The notes beneath the pieces were generated by a model. It saw only the letters and a list, made by a program, of their open reading frames with translations. It ran no database searches and was not told the DNA's origin. Position numbers and translations under genes: made by a program. Source: Desulfobacterales bacterium (GTDB taxonomy: Bacteria > Desulfobacterota > Desulfobacteria > Desulfobacterales > UBA2174). From it: a stretch of 64,000 nucleotides of DNA. The stretch lies in contig CAXXWC010000003.1 in NCBI GenBank assembly GCA_963668645.2, positions 160,001-224,000 on the forward strand, in the 5' to 3' direction. Positions 34,139 through 44,044 of this stretch are shown here, piece by piece; the stretch's first letter is position 1, and each line of letters begins with the position of its first letter.

Positions 34139-34415
34139 GTCCCCCATCCTTTTTATAAATCGTTAAACGGCAACCATGCACAGGCTGGTCCAAAATCGGT
34201 GTCTGCCTGGGTGAATCGACAGCTGCCGGCAAAAGCGCTGAAACTTCACTCGCATGGACCATTCAGCCTGTTGAGTTTGTGAAAAACGGCAAGTCCGGAT
34301 CCCTGTCCTGTGGTATACCAAAGAAGTACTGGAAACAATGCCCAACGCGAGGAAAAATTCAGGAAAGCGGCGTTTCCGACAATATTACAGGAAACGGCTG
34401 CGCGATCTGCTGCGT

Positions 34416-34625
34416 TTGTGGCAGGTCAAAATCAGACTGATCGAGGTGATCTATGCTGGAACCCACGAGGCGCATCAACTGCCCGGTGTCGGTCTGACCA
34501 GCGCACGCCACCGAGAGGGGTTTTCCCAGCGCAAGTCGGCCGAGCTGACCTGCATTTCCCAGCGGCACATCTCCGAGATGGAAACCGGCAAACGCACCAT
34601 CGGCAAGGAGCGGGCCAAGGGCACT
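34416..34625 (+). pseudogene. Relic toxin-antitoxin module: putative RelE-like toxin C-terminus joined to an XRE-HTH antitoxin fragment
   Basis: ...KIRLIEVIYAGTHE runs into LTSARHREGFSQ..AELTCISQRHISEMETGKRTIGKERAK; no clean start or end. Confidence 0.55.
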
Positions 34626-34731
34626 GGACACCGATTACCGGGGGGTTTCTGTAGTGGACCATGTACGTTAGGGCACATCATGATCGAGGGCTGCGGCTGG
34701 AAATACGGTTGGAAGCAAATCTTGACGGCAT

Positions 34732-34777
34732 AAAAAAGGGGGCTGCGGAATCAACCGCAACCCCCTGTTTTATTTTT
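34732..34777 (-). terminator. Intrinsic terminator after tRNA-fMet (possibly bidirectional)
   Basis: AGGGGGCTGCGG/CCGCAACCCCCT stem with an A-run on one side and T-runs on the other. Confidence 0.75.
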
Positions 34778-34854
<77 letters not shown>

Positions 34855-34867
34855 TCAAAGAAACGAG

Positions 34868-34896
34868 ATAATAAAACCTTGTTGCATGGATGTCAA
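34868..34896 (-). promoter_or_regulatory. Sigma70 promoter for tRNA-fMet
   Basis: TTGACA-17 nt-TATTAT. Confidence 0.75.
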
Positions 34897-35216
34897 GAGG
34901 AGACCAGCTTGCGGAGAATAATTTTTTCCAGTGCCTCTCCGGCCTGGCCGGCCGCAGGGCGCACCAGGATCCGTTTGTGGCGGCTGGCCTGGCCGGAAAC
35001 GATTTCCAGGTTGGACTTGGCAAGGCCCAGAGCCTTGGCCAGAAAGGCGATGCACGCCTTGTTGGCCGCCCCTTCCACCGGGGGGGCGGTCAGGCGCAGC
35101 TTGAGCGCCCCTTCGTGCAACCCGGCCAGTTGGTTCCTGGCCGCACGGGGCTGGACCAGAACGCTGACCACGATGCCTTCGGGCGTGCGATGATAAAATT
35201 GATCCGCGTCGGTCAT
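34893..35216 (-). CDS. DUF167 (YggU) family protein
   Basis: VQPRAARN, LTAPPVEGAAN, SGQASRHK. Confidence 0.9.
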   Translation of the reverse strand: MTDADQFYHRTPEGIVVSVLVQPRAARNQLAGLHEGALKLRLTAPPVEGAANKACIAFLAKALGLAKSNLEIVSGQASRHKRILVRPAAGQAGEALEKIILRKLVSS

Positions 35217-35238
35217 GAAAGATTTCCCCAGCAAGCCA

Positions 35239-36681
35239 TCAGCTCTGCCGGATCTGCGCGATGACCCGGGAGGCCGAAACCCCCTCGCTGATCGGAATCA
35301 ACGCCACCCGCCCCCCGTGGGCCTCGACCCGCCGGCGGCCGACAACCTGATCGGGTGCATAATTGCCGCCCTTGGTGAGCACGTCCGGCTTGACGATGTC
35401 GATAAGCCGCTCCAGCTCGCGGGTGGCAAATACCACCACCATATCCACCGACTCCAGCGCGCAAAGGGTGCGCACCCGTTCGCGGGCGCTGATCACCGGC
35501 CGACCCGGTCCCTTGAGGGTGCGGACCGACTCGTCGTCATCGATGGCCACCACGAGCAGGTCACCGAGCCGTCGCGAAGCGGCGAACAGATGCAGGTGCC
35601 CGGCGTGCAAAAAGTCGAAGCAGCCGTTGGTCATGACAATGCGCTTTTGCTGGCGGCGCAGTTCAGCCACCCGCTCGCCAAGCTCCTTGAGACCTAAATG
35701 CTTGTGGCTCTGGTCGGGACTCGGGGGCTGGCAAGCCAGGGCCAGCTCCTTGCGGCTCACCGTGGCGGTGCCGACCTTGCCCACCACGATCCCCGCGGCG
35801 CTGTTGGCCAGGGTGGCGGCCTGAAACGGATCGGCGCCGGCCGCCAGAGCCAGGCCGGTCACCGCCAGGACGGTATCACCTGCCCCGGAAACATCGAAGA
35901 CCTGCCGCGCCTCGCTTCGGATGAACCGGGACGCGTGGCCGTGCGCAAGCAGGACCATCCCGTCCGCGCCGCAGGTGATCAATAGCTGTTCCAGTCCGGC
36001 CTCAAGCATGATCTTTGCACCCGCCCGCTCCAGAGTCTCATTGTCGACGATCTCGATGCCGGCGGCCTGGGCCGCCTCTTTGCGGTTGGGAGTGACCAGG
36101 GTGGCGCCGGCATAGCGGGTGTAGTCCGCCCCCTTGGGATCGATCAGAACCGGCTTGGCATGCCGGTGCGCCTCGGCGATGATACGGCCCAGCAGTTCCG
36201 CCGTAAGCAGCCCCTTGCCGTAATCCGAGACCAGCACGGCATCGGCCTGGGGGATCTCGGCGGCCATCCACTCCACCAGGGCTGCAGCGGTCTCGGGAGC
36301 CACGGCCCGCCGGGTTTCCCGATCGATGCGCAGCACCTGCTGGCTTGCGGCAATGATGCGCGTCTTGCGCGTGGTGGGCCGCCCCGCTTCGGCCACCACC
36401 CCGGCGGTGTCGACCCCCAGGTGCTGAAACCGCTCGGTGAGCAGGGCCCCGTGGCGATCGGCACCCACCACGCCGGCCACCGCCACCCCGGCCCCCAGGG
36501 CCACCAGGTTGGCGGCCACATTGCCTGCCCCGCCCAGGGTAAAATCCTCCCGGCGCACCGCCACCACCTGGACCGGGGCCTCGGGGCTGATGCGCTCCAC
36601 ATCGCCCCAGACGTATTCGTCCAGCATCAGATCGCCGATGACCAGCAGCCTGCATTGGTCGAAGGTCGCCACGTCGATCAT
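35239..36681 (-). CDS. hldE: Bifunctional heptose-7-phosphate kinase / heptose-1-phosphate adenylyltransferase
   Basis: GDLMLD, RISPEAPV, DVSGAGDT; C-terminal TNGCFDFLHAGH. Confidence 0.94.
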   Translation of the reverse strand: MIDVATFDQCRLLVIGDLMLDEYVWGDVERISPEAPVQVVAVRREDFTLGGAGNVAANLVALGAGVAVAGVVGADRHGALLTERFQHLGVDTAGVVAEAGRPTTRKTRIIAASQQVLRIDRETRRAVAPETAAALVEWMAAEIPQADAVLVSDYGKGLLTAELLGRIIAEAHRHAKPVLIDPKGADYTRYAGATLVTPNRKEAAQAAGIEIVDNETLERAGAKIMLEAGLEQLLITCGADGMVLLAHGHASRFIRSEARQVFDVSGAGDTVLAVTGLALAAGADPFQAATLANSAAGIVVGKVGTATVSRKELALACQPPSPDQSHKHLGLKELGERVAELRRQQKRIVMTNGCFDFLHAGHLHLFAASRRLGDLLVVAIDDDESVRTLKGPGRPVISARERVRTLCALESVDMVVVFATRELERLIDIVKPDVLTKGGNYAPDQVVGRRRVEAHGGRVALIPISEGVSASRVIAQIRQS

Positions 36682-37154
36682 GGGTCGCTGCTCCCTGAAA
36701 AATCGGCCGTATTTTCCGCCTCGGCCACCTTGCGGCGGATAAACTCGCGCAAAAAGGCCGGCGGCCTGACCGCCCGCCCGGTGCTGTCGATGCAGGCATG
36801 GCGGGTGTAGCCCCTGGCCACCGGATGCGCCGGGTCTTCGGTATAAAGGGTGTACTCGAAGCGGATCGCGGCCTTGGGCGCCGGGTCGAGCCGGGTTTCG
36901 ATGGCCAGCAGGTCGTCGTAGTGCACCGGAGACAGAAACCGGCACCAGGCCTCAGCCACCGGCAGGGCTATGCCCTCGGCCTCGATGGCGGTATACGGCA
37001 GGCCGAGGTGCCGGAACATTTCGGTGCGCCCCTGCTCGAACCAGCGCAGATAGTTGCCGTTGTAAGCAAACCCCAGCGCGTCCGTATCGCCGTAGATCAC
37101 TCGGCAGTATATGCGATGGCAAAGCATGGAAGAAGGCAACGCGGCATGGCTCAA
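36678..37154 (-). CDS. YbgC/4-hydroxybenzoyl-CoA-type thioesterase
   Basis: RVIYGDTDALG..YNGNYLRWFEQGR. Confidence 0.9.
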   Translation of the reverse strand: MSHAALPSSMLCHRIYCRVIYGDTDALGFAYNGNYLRWFEQGRTEMFRHLGLPYTAIEAEGIALPVAEAWCRFLSPVHYDDLLAIETRLDPAPKAAIRFEYTLYTEDPAHPVARGYTRHACIDSTGRAVRPPAFLREFIRRKVAEAENTADFSGSSDP

Positions 37155-37756
37155 TTGGCCAATATCCCCTCGATGATCGCCTTAAGCTCCGCGTAATCGG
37201 TGGTCACCGGGAACTGGGGAAACTCGTCGATGACGTTTTGTGGCGGCCTGAAGAGCACCCCGTGCTCGGCGGCCTTGAGCATGTTGATGTCGTTGTAGGA
37301 ATCGCCCATGGCGATAACACGGTAGTTCATCGACTGGAGCGCCTCGACGGTGCGGCGTTTGGCATCTGCCTGGCGCAGGTTGTAGTCGCAAATGCGGCCG
37401 GCCGTGTCGATGGTCAGGGTATGGCAAAAGAGGGTGGGCCGGCCCAGCTTGTTCATCAACGGGGCGGCGAACTGCTCGAAGGTGTCCGACACGATGATCA
37501 CCTGCGTCTCACCGCGCAGCCAGTCGAGAAACTCGACCGCGCCGGCCAGCGGCGACATGGCGTCGATGGCGGCGGTGATGTCCTGGATCTTTAGCCCGTG
37601 GCGGTCCAGGATGGCCAGGCGGCGGCGCATCAGCTCGTCGTAGTCGGCGATGTCGCGGGTGGTCAGGCGCAGTTCGTCGATGCCGGTGCGTTCTGCCACA
37701 TTGATCCAAACTTCGGGGGTGAAAACGCCTTCCAAGTCGCTGCAAACGATAAACAT
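37151..37756 (-). CDS. thrH: Phosphoserine phosphatase / homoserine phosphotransferase
   Basis: DLEGVFTPEVW, LTTRDI.DYD.LM, SDTF, GDSYND. Confidence 0.93.
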   Translation of the reverse strand: MFIVCSDLEGVFTPEVWINVAERTGIDELRLTTRDIADYDELMRRRLAILDRHGLKIQDITAAIDAMSPLAGAVEFLDWLRGETQVIIVSDTFEQFAAPLMNKLGRPTLFCHTLTIDTAGRICDYNLRQADAKRRTVEALQSMNYRVIAMGDSYNDINMLKAAEHGVLFRPPQNVIDEFPQFPVTTDYAELKAIIEGILAN

Positions 37757-37794
37757 GAGCACTCCAAAATGCAAAGAACCCCGGCTTGACGGGA

Positions 37795-39111
37795 TTAATC
37801 GCTGTCGTTAGGATCTTCGATACGAATCAACGTGGGCGGCTCGGCCACCACATCCAGGCGCGTAATGCGATCCAGGGCCTTGCGCACCGCTGCTTCTTCG
37901 GCCCGGTGGATAAGCATCACCACCGGCACCGGACCGGTGCTCTGGCGCCCCTTCTGGGTTACGCTCTTGATGCTGATCCCGTGCTCGCCGAGGATTCCCG
38001 AAACAATGGAAAGCACCCCGGGCCGGTCGGCCGCCATGATGCGGATGTAGTAGTGGGTGCGCAGCGTATCCATGGACAGCACCGGGATCGAACGGATCCG
38101 CTCTGGCTGATAGCCGAATAGCGGCACCCGCCTGGGCCCGCCGCAGATCAGGTTGCGGGCGATGTCGACGATATCGCTCACCACGGCGCTGGCCGTGGGC
38201 ATCATGCCCGCGCCCCGGCCCATGATCATCACGTCGCCCGTGGCGTCCCCGGTCACGGTGACGGCGTTGACCGCACCGCTGACGCTGGCCAGGATGTTGT
38301 CAACAGGAATCATGGTCGGATGGACCCGCGCTTCGATGGCGTCGCCCCGGTCCTTGCTGATGGCCAGCAGCTTGATGCGGTACCCGAACTCATCCGCGTT
38401 CTGAATGTCCAGGGGGGTCAGGCGGCTGATCCCCTCGACGTAGACATCGGCCAGATTGACCTGCATCCCGTAGGCCAGAGCCGCCAGGATGGTGACCTTG
38501 TGGGCCGTATCGAACCCTTCCACGTCCAGGGTCGGATCGGCCTCGGCATATCCCTCGGCCTGGGCCGCGGCCAGGGCCTCGGCAAAGGTGCTGCCGTCCT
38601 CGGCGATCTTGGTCAAAATATAGTTGCACGTGCCGTTGAGAATCCCGGTCATCGAACGGATGCGGTTGCCCACCAGCGCTTCGCGCAGGCTCTTGATGAT
38701 CGGCATGCAGCCGCCCACGCTGGCCTCGAAGCCCAGATCGACCCCGCGCTGGTCCGCGGCGCGGCAGATGGCGTCGCCCTGGGCCGCCAGAAGCGCCTTG
38801 TTGGCGGTCACCACCGGTTTGCCGGCGGCGATGGCGGCCATTATCAGATCCTTGGCCACGGTCTGGCCGCCGATCATCTCCACGATGATATCAATGGCCG
38901 GATCCTCCACCAACGAAGGAGCGTCGCTGGTCATCACCCCCTCGGCCAATTGGAGTCCACGATCGCGGTCAACGTCGATATCCGCGATGCGACGCAATTC
39001 GATGCGCGCACCGACCCGCTCGGCGATCAAGTCCGCGTTTTCCAAAAGCAGCCGGGCCACCCCCGTTCCGACGGTGCCGCAGCCCAAAAGTCCGACGCCT
39101 ATCCGTTTCAT
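37795..39111 (-). CDS. hom: Homoserine dehydrogenase with ACT domain
   Basis: GCGTVG, VVTANK, ILNGTCNYIL, GYAEADP, DRPGVL. Confidence 0.96.
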   Translation of the reverse strand: MKRIGVGLLGCGTVGTGVARLLLENADLIAERVGARIELRRIADIDVDRDRGLQLAEGVMTSDAPSLVEDPAIDIIVEMIGGQTVAKDLIMAAIAAGKPVVTANKALLAAQGDAICRAADQRGVDLGFEASVGGCMPIIKSLREALVGNRIRSMTGILNGTCNYILTKIAEDGSTFAEALAAAQAEGYAEADPTLDVEGFDTAHKVTILAALAYGMQVNLADVYVEGISRLTPLDIQNADEFGYRIKLLAISKDRGDAIEARVHPTMIPVDNILASVSGAVNAVTVTGDATGDVMIMGRGAGMMPTASAVVSDIVDIARNLICGGPRRVPLFGYQPERIRSIPVLSMDTLRTHYYIRIMAADRPGVLSIVSGILGEHGISIKSVTQKGRQSTGPVPVVMLIHRAEEAAVRKALDRITRLDVVAEPPTLIRIEDPNDSD

Positions 39112-39130
39112 CGTTGACTCGCTCCCGAAG

Positions 39131-40297
39131 CTACATGATCTTGCGTATACCGCGAATCCCCTGGTTGATGCGCATCTTGTTTTCGATCAGGGCAAAGCGG
39201 ACGTACTCGTCACCATACTCGCCGAAGCCCAACCCGGGGCTGACCGCCACCTGGGCCTCGCGGATGAGAAACTTGGAAAACTCCACCGATCCCATGTGCC
39301 GGTGTTTTTCTGGAATTCTGGCCCAGACGAACATCGTCCCTTTGGGGCTGGGCACTTCCCAGCCGACGCGCCCCAGGCCGCTGATCAGCGCGTCACGCCG
39401 TTCTAAATAGGTATCGCGGATCTCCTGAACGCATCCCTGGTCCCCTTCCAGGGCGATGATCGAGGCGATCTGGATCGGCTGGAAGATCCCGTAGTCCAGG
39501 TAGCTTTTGATCCGCTTGAGGGCGAAAACGATCTCGGGGTTGCCCACGCAAAACCCCACCCGCCACCCGGGCATGCTGTAGCTCTTGGACAACGAGAAGA
39601 ACTCCACCCCGACCTCCTTGGCGCCTTTGGCCTGCAGAAAACTGGGGGCCTTGTACCCGTCGAAGGTCAGATCGGCGTAGGCGAAATCGTGGATCACCAT
39701 GATGTCATGTTCCTTGGCGAAATCCACGATCTTCTGGAAAAAATCCAGATCCACCACCTCGGTGGTGGGATTGTGCGGGTAGCTGATGATCAACACCTTC
39801 GGTCGCGGCCAGGTCTGGCGCGTGGCGTGGAGCAGGTTGTCGAAAAAGTCGTGCTCCGGCCCAACCGGAATCCCGCGCACATCCCCGCCGGAAATGATCG
39901 CCGAGTAGGGATGGATCGGATAGGTCGGGTTGGGGGTAAAGACCACATCCCCGGGCCGGATGGTTACCAGGACCAGATGGCTCATCCCTTCCTTGACCCC
40001 GATGGTGGCGATGGCCTCGGTTTCCGGATCGATTTCCACCGCGTAGTTGTCACGATACCAGTTGGCAATCGCCACCCTCAGCCGGGTGATACCCATGGAG
40101 GCCGAATAGCGGTGGTTGTGCGGCTTTTGGGCGGCTTCGACCATCTTGGCAACGATGTGATCGGGCGTACCCAGGTCCGGGTTGCCCATCCCCATATCGA
40201 TGATATCCTGGCCGGCCCGGCGCGCTTCCATCTTGATCTGGTTGACCGTAGCAAACACATAGGGCGGAAGACGATCGAGTCGGGCGAAACGGGTCAT
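39131..40297 (-). CDS. alaC: Class I/II PLP aminotransferase (AlaC-like)
   Basis: [34 protein letters not shown]; upstream of hom. Confidence 0.82.
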   Translation of the reverse strand: MTRFARLDRLPPYVFATVNQIKMEARRAGQDIIDMGMGNPDLGTPDHIVAKMVEAAQKPHNHRYSASMGITRLRVAIANWYRDNYAVEIDPETEAIATIGVKEGMSHLVLVTIRPGDVVFTPNPTYPIHPYSAIISGGDVRGIPVGPEHDFFDNLLHATRQTWPRPKVLIISYPHNPTTEVVDLDFFQKIVDFAKEHDIMVIHDFAYADLTFDGYKAPSFLQAKGAKEVGVEFFSLSKSYSMPGWRVGFCVGNPEIVFALKRIKSYLDYGIFQPIQIASIIALEGDQGCVQEIRDTYLERRDALISGLGRVGWEVPSPKGTMFVWARIPEKHRHMGSVEFSKFLIREAQVAVSPGLGFGEYGDEYVRFALIENKMRINQGIRGIRKIM

Positions 40298-40469
40298 GGT
40301 TTCCTCTTCGGGTTGGCGAGGGGTTGAAAATTTTAGTTTTCCGCGTTCGTGGTATTCGCCGGTTGAGGCGTTTACCCCGGGGCCTGCGCTCCGCGATAGC
40401 GGGCGTTCCCGGCCCCGAGACTTCCTGCGGCGGTCGGGCGCAAATCCGTAAAACCGGATTAAGCATGGT

Positions 40470-40498
40470 AAACTACAATAGGCCTCGGGGATTGTCAA
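40470..40498 (-). promoter_or_regulatory. Sigma70 promoter for the alaC-hom-thrH operon
   Basis: TTGACA-17 nt-TAGTTT on the minus strand. Confidence 0.65.
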
Positions 40499-40508
40499 AA
40501 AAATTGTT

Positions 40509-40537
40509 TTGACTTTTACCCGGAAACCGTTTAGTTT
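40509..40537 (+). promoter_or_regulatory. Sigma70 promoter for purM (divergent)
   Basis: TTGACT-17 nt-TAGTTT. Confidence 0.55.
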
Positions 40538-40577
40538 CCCTGCGATCTAATAATGTTTGAAATTTCAGGGTATTGTT

Positions 40578-41636
40578 ATGAACGAGGAGATGCGTGAAAG
40601 CATAACCTACGCCGATGCGGGCGTAGACATCGAGAAGGCCAACCGGTTGGTCGGGCAGATCAAGGAGATCGCCAAGAAGACCCACCGGCCTGGAACCATG
40701 GGCGAAATCGGCGGGTTCGGCGGTCTTTTCTCCCTGAACACGGCCAACTACGACCAGCCGGTCCTGGTCAGCTCCACCGACGGAGTCGGCACTAAGCTCA
40801 AGATCGCCTTTATGATGGACCGGCACCACACCGTGGGCATCGATCTGGTGGCCATGTGCGTCAACGACATCGTCGTGCAAGGCGCCCGCCCGCTGTTTTT
40901 CCTCGACTACCTGGCCACGGGCAAGCTGGACAACCGGGTGGCGGCGGACGTGATCCGCGGCATCGGCGAAGGGTGCCAGCAGGCCAAATGTGTCCTGATC
41001 GGCGGGGAAACCGCCGAGATGCCCGACATGTACCAGCATGGCGAGTATGATCTGGCCGGCTTCGTGGTGGGCATCGTCGACAATGCCAAGATCGTCGACG
41101 GCTCGGAGATCCGTGTCGGTCACCGCCTGATCGGTATCGCTTCCGACGGGCTGCACAGCAACGGCTATTCGCTGGTGCGCAAGATCTGCTTCGAGCGGCT
41201 CAATCTCACGGTGGACAGCCATGTGCCGGAACTCGGCGAGCTTCTGGGCGAAGCCCTGCTCAGGCCCACCCGCATCTATTCGGAACTGATCCAGGGACTT
41301 CTCAAAGACCTGCCCATCCACGGGCTGGCCCACATCACCGGCGGCGGCATCAGCGAGAACATCCTACGGGTCATCCCCAACGCCTGCAGCGTGGTGATCG
41401 ATACCGCGACCTGGAAAGTCCCGCCTATTTTCGAGTTTTTGCAGGAAGCCGGAAAGGTGGCCGACGAGGAGATGCGCCGCACCTTCAACATGGGCATCGG
41501 GATGATTGCCGTGGTGCCCGAAGAACGGGCCCAGGAAATCCTCGAACGGCTCAAGGCGATGGACGAGCGGGTCTACCTGATCGGCGAGGTGGTGGCCACC
41601 AAACAGCCGAACAAATCGCGCATGATTTACACGTGA
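40578..41636 (+). CDS. purM: Phosphoribosylformylglycinamidine cyclo-ligase
   Basis: YADAGVD, TDGVGTK, GGETAEMP, GLHSNGYS, TFNMGIG. Confidence 0.97.
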   Translation: MNEEMRESITYADAGVDIEKANRLVGQIKEIAKKTHRPGTMGEIGGFGGLFSLNTANYDQPVLVSSTDGVGTKLKIAFMMDRHHTVGIDLVAMCVNDIVVQGARPLFFLDYLATGKLDNRVAADVIRGIGEGCQQAKCVLIGGETAEMPDMYQHGEYDLAGFVVGIVDNAKIVDGSEIRVGHRLIGIASDGLHSNGYSLVRKICFERLNLTVDSHVPELGELLGEALLRPTRIYSELIQGLLKDLPIHGLAHITGGGISENILRVIPNACSVVIDTATWKVPPIFEFLQEAGKVADEEMRRTFNMGIGMIAVVPEERAQEILERLKAMDERVYLIGEVVATKQPNKSRMIYT

Positions 41637-41674
41637 CCCGGATCGGCTGAGCAGCCCCCGTTGTGGTAACAACC

Positions 41675-41712
41675 GGCACCCGGTGCCCTTCGATGGGCGG
41701 GTGCCTTTTTTT
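41675..41712 (+). terminator. Intrinsic terminator after purM
   Basis: GGCACCCG...CGGGTGCC followed by a T-run. Confidence 0.8.
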
Positions 41713-41755
41713 ATGCGCCCTTGGCCGCCTTCCAGGGACGCGGATCGGATGGCGG

Positions 41756-42754
41756 ATGAAAATCCTCGGCATCGAAAGTTCCTGCGATGAAACCGCCGCC
41801 GGCGTGGTGGCAAACGGGCACACCATCCTCAGCTCGGTGGTCGCCTCCCAGGTGGACGTACATCGCCCCTATGGGGGAGTGGTGCCCGAGTTGGCCTCGC
41901 GCCAGCATATCCAGGCGGTGGTGCCCGTGGTCACCCAGGCCCTGGCCGAAGCCGATCTGAAGGCCGCCCAGTTGGACGGGATCGCCGTAACCCGCGGTCC
42001 AGGACTGATCGGCTCTTTGCTGGTGGGGTTTTGTTTTGCCAAGGCGTATGCCTGGGCCCTGGACCTACCCTGGGTCGGCGTCAACCATCTCGAAGGGCAC
42101 ATCCATTCGGTGTTTCTTGGCGCCGCCCCCCCGCCGTTTCCCTTCGTAGTCCTGATGGTCTCCGGAGGGCACACCTGCCTCTATCATGTCACGGGGCCAA
42201 CGGTGATGGAGATGATGGGCCAGACCCGGGATGACGCCGCCGGGGAGGCCTTCGACAAGGTGGCCAAGATGCTCGATCTCGGCTACCCAGGCGGGGTGGT
42301 GATCGACCGCCTGGCCATCGAGGGCGACCCGTCGCGGATCAGGTTCCCGCGCCCGTTTCTGGACCGCAACGGATTCGATTTTTCCTTTTCCGGTTTGAAA
42401 ACCGCCGTGCTGCGATACCTGCAAACCCATGAGACGCCATCTGAGCAGGACACGGCCGACATCGTGGCCGCCTTCCAGGAGGCGGTGGTCGACGTGCTGG
42501 TGCTCAAGGCCCTGGCCGCGGCCCGGGCCAAGGGCTGCCGCCATCTGGCACTGGTGGGCGGGGTGGCGGCCAACCGCCGCCTGAGGCAGCGGCTGCGGGC
42601 CGAGGCCGAGGCCGAAGGGATTACGGTGCACATCCCGCCGGTCTCCCTGTGCGGCGACAACGCCGCCATGGTGGCCGCGGTGGGCTACCACTATCTTGCG
42701 GCCGGCCGGGCCGCGACCCTGGACGACGACGTCTTTTCGCGCAACCGGTTTTAG
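41756..42754 (+). CDS. tsaD: tRNA N6-threonylcarbamoyltransferase
   Basis: ILGIESSCDET, GGVVPELASR.H, HLEGH, SGGHT, DNAAM. Confidence 0.97.
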   Translation: MKILGIESSCDETAAGVVANGHTILSSVVASQVDVHRPYGGVVPELASRQHIQAVVPVVTQALAEADLKAAQLDGIAVTRGPGLIGSLLVGFCFAKAYAWALDLPWVGVNHLEGHIHSVFLGAAPPPFPFVVLMVSGGHTCLYHVTGPTVMEMMGQTRDDAAGEAFDKVAKMLDLGYPGGVVIDRLAIEGDPSRIRFPRPFLDRNGFDFSFSGLKTAVLRYLQTHETPSEQDTADIVAAFQEAVVDVLVLKALAAARAKGCRHLALVGGVAANRRLRQRLRAEAEAEGITVHIPPVSLCGDNAAMVAAVGYHYLAAGRAATLDDDVFSRNRF

Positions 42755-42809
42755 GGTTGACGGACCAGGATCAGCCGGGGGCAGGTGCACGATCGATTCA
42801 GGCTGGAAA

Positions 42810-42977
42810 ATGGGCGAGGTCTTTGAAATCCAGGGAAAACTCTTGGATGCCGGAGCCGAGTTCAGAAAGGTTCGTGCCATTGCCAGTCGTCTGGCTTCAA
42901 TATTCCCGCAAAACCCGAAATATACCGACGCCGTCACAGTGGCCGACGAGCGGCTTCAGCGTTTAGAGAGGAAATAG
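42810..42977 (+). CDS. Small hypothetical protein (possible gene fragment)
   Basis: 55-aa ORF filling the tsaD-nagZ gap; no recognised motif. Confidence 0.3.
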   Translation: MGEVFEIQGKLLDAGAEFRKVRAIASRLASIFPQNPKYTDAVTVADERLQRLERK

Positions 42978-43015
42978 GCGCTGGGCGGCCTTCCTGCCTC
43001 GTGCCCCTCACAATT

Positions 43016-44041
43016 TCAGGTCTGCTTTCCCCGGCCGAGCCAGCGCTGCTTGACCAGCCGCATCCGCTGCCAACAGATCCCGGCGCGCCGGTTCATGGCG
43101 GGGTCCTTTTCAATCACACGGCAGATCGCTCCATGGGCTGCCTCGATGGCCGGACCGGCATGGCAGATCAGGGCCAGGTCGACATCGGCGGCCAGGATCC
43201 GATCGACGGCCGTCTCGATGGTAATCGCCGGCCGGATGGCCCCCATGTCCAGATCGTCGGTCATCACCAGCCCGTCGTAACCCATCTTGCCACGCAAAAG
43301 GTCACGGACCACGGCCGCCGACAGACTCGCCGGCCAGTCGGGATCGAGAGCCGGGTAGCGGATATGGCTGAGCATCACGCCGGCGACGTTGTGGGTAAAA
43401 GCCCGGGCAAAGGGGGGCAGATCGAAGGCGGCGAGGCTTTCGGCCGAGGCATCGAGCACCGGCTGGACCTTGTGCGAATCGGCCGTGGTGCGCCCGATGC
43501 CCGGAAAGTGCTTGGCCACCGCCATGATCCCTTCAGCCTGCAGGCCGTCGATCACCGCCGCGCCCATGGTCCCCACCCGCTCCGGATCGGCCCCGAAGAC
43601 CCGCGGGGCCATCACGCTGTTCATGCCGGCCGGGGCCACGTCGAGGACCGGGGCCATGTTCATGTTGAATCCCAAATCGCGCAGCATGCGTCCCATGGCG
43701 CGGGCACCGGCCTCGGCCGCGGCGGCATCGGGAATCTGCGGTGCGGCGGGAAATTCCTCGAAGTGCGGCTGGCGCAGGCGCGCCACAGTTCCGCCTTCCT
43801 GATCCACGGCCACCAGCAGCGGCGGCCGGCCGGTGGCCGCGGCGCAGGCCTGGCAGTCGCCGATCAGTCCCCTCACCTGCTCCGGGGTTTCGATGTTACG
43901 TGCGAATAGAATGACACCGGCCACTGCCAGATCGGCGATCAAAAAACGCAGCTCGCTGTCCAGGGCCGTTCCATCGAAGCCCACCATCAGCCGCTGGCCA
44001 GCCAGGGCCTGGATATTGATTGCCGTTTTGAACCGGTCCAT
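43016..44041 (-). CDS. nagZ: Beta-N-acetylhexosaminidase (GH3)
   Basis: VDQEGG.V.RL, KHFPGIG, DSH, TDDLDMGA. Confidence 0.93.
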   Translation of the reverse strand: MDRFKTAINIQALAGQRLMVGFDGTALDSELRFLIADLAVAGVILFARNIETPEQVRGLIGDCQACAAATGRPPLLVAVDQEGGTVARLRQPHFEEFPAAPQIPDAAAAEAGARAMGRMLRDLGFNMNMAPVLDVAPAGMNSVMAPRVFGADPERVGTMGAAVIDGLQAEGIMAVAKHFPGIGRTTADSHKVQPVLDASAESLAAFDLPPFARAFTHNVAGVMLSHIRYPALDPDWPASLSAAVVRDLLRGKMGYDGLVMTDDLDMGAIRPAITIETAVDRILAADVDLALICHAGPAIEAAHGAICRVIEKDPAMNRRAGICWQRMRLVKQRWLGRGKQT

Positions 44042-44044
44042 GTG

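Noticed and set aside
35239..36945. Extended N-termini in the ORF track (hldE here; also korC 46747, nadC 62453, selB 52935, cas2 22679, tsaD 41663)
   Set aside because: Extensions overlap upstream genes or terminators; conserved family starts lie downstream, so these are not fusions
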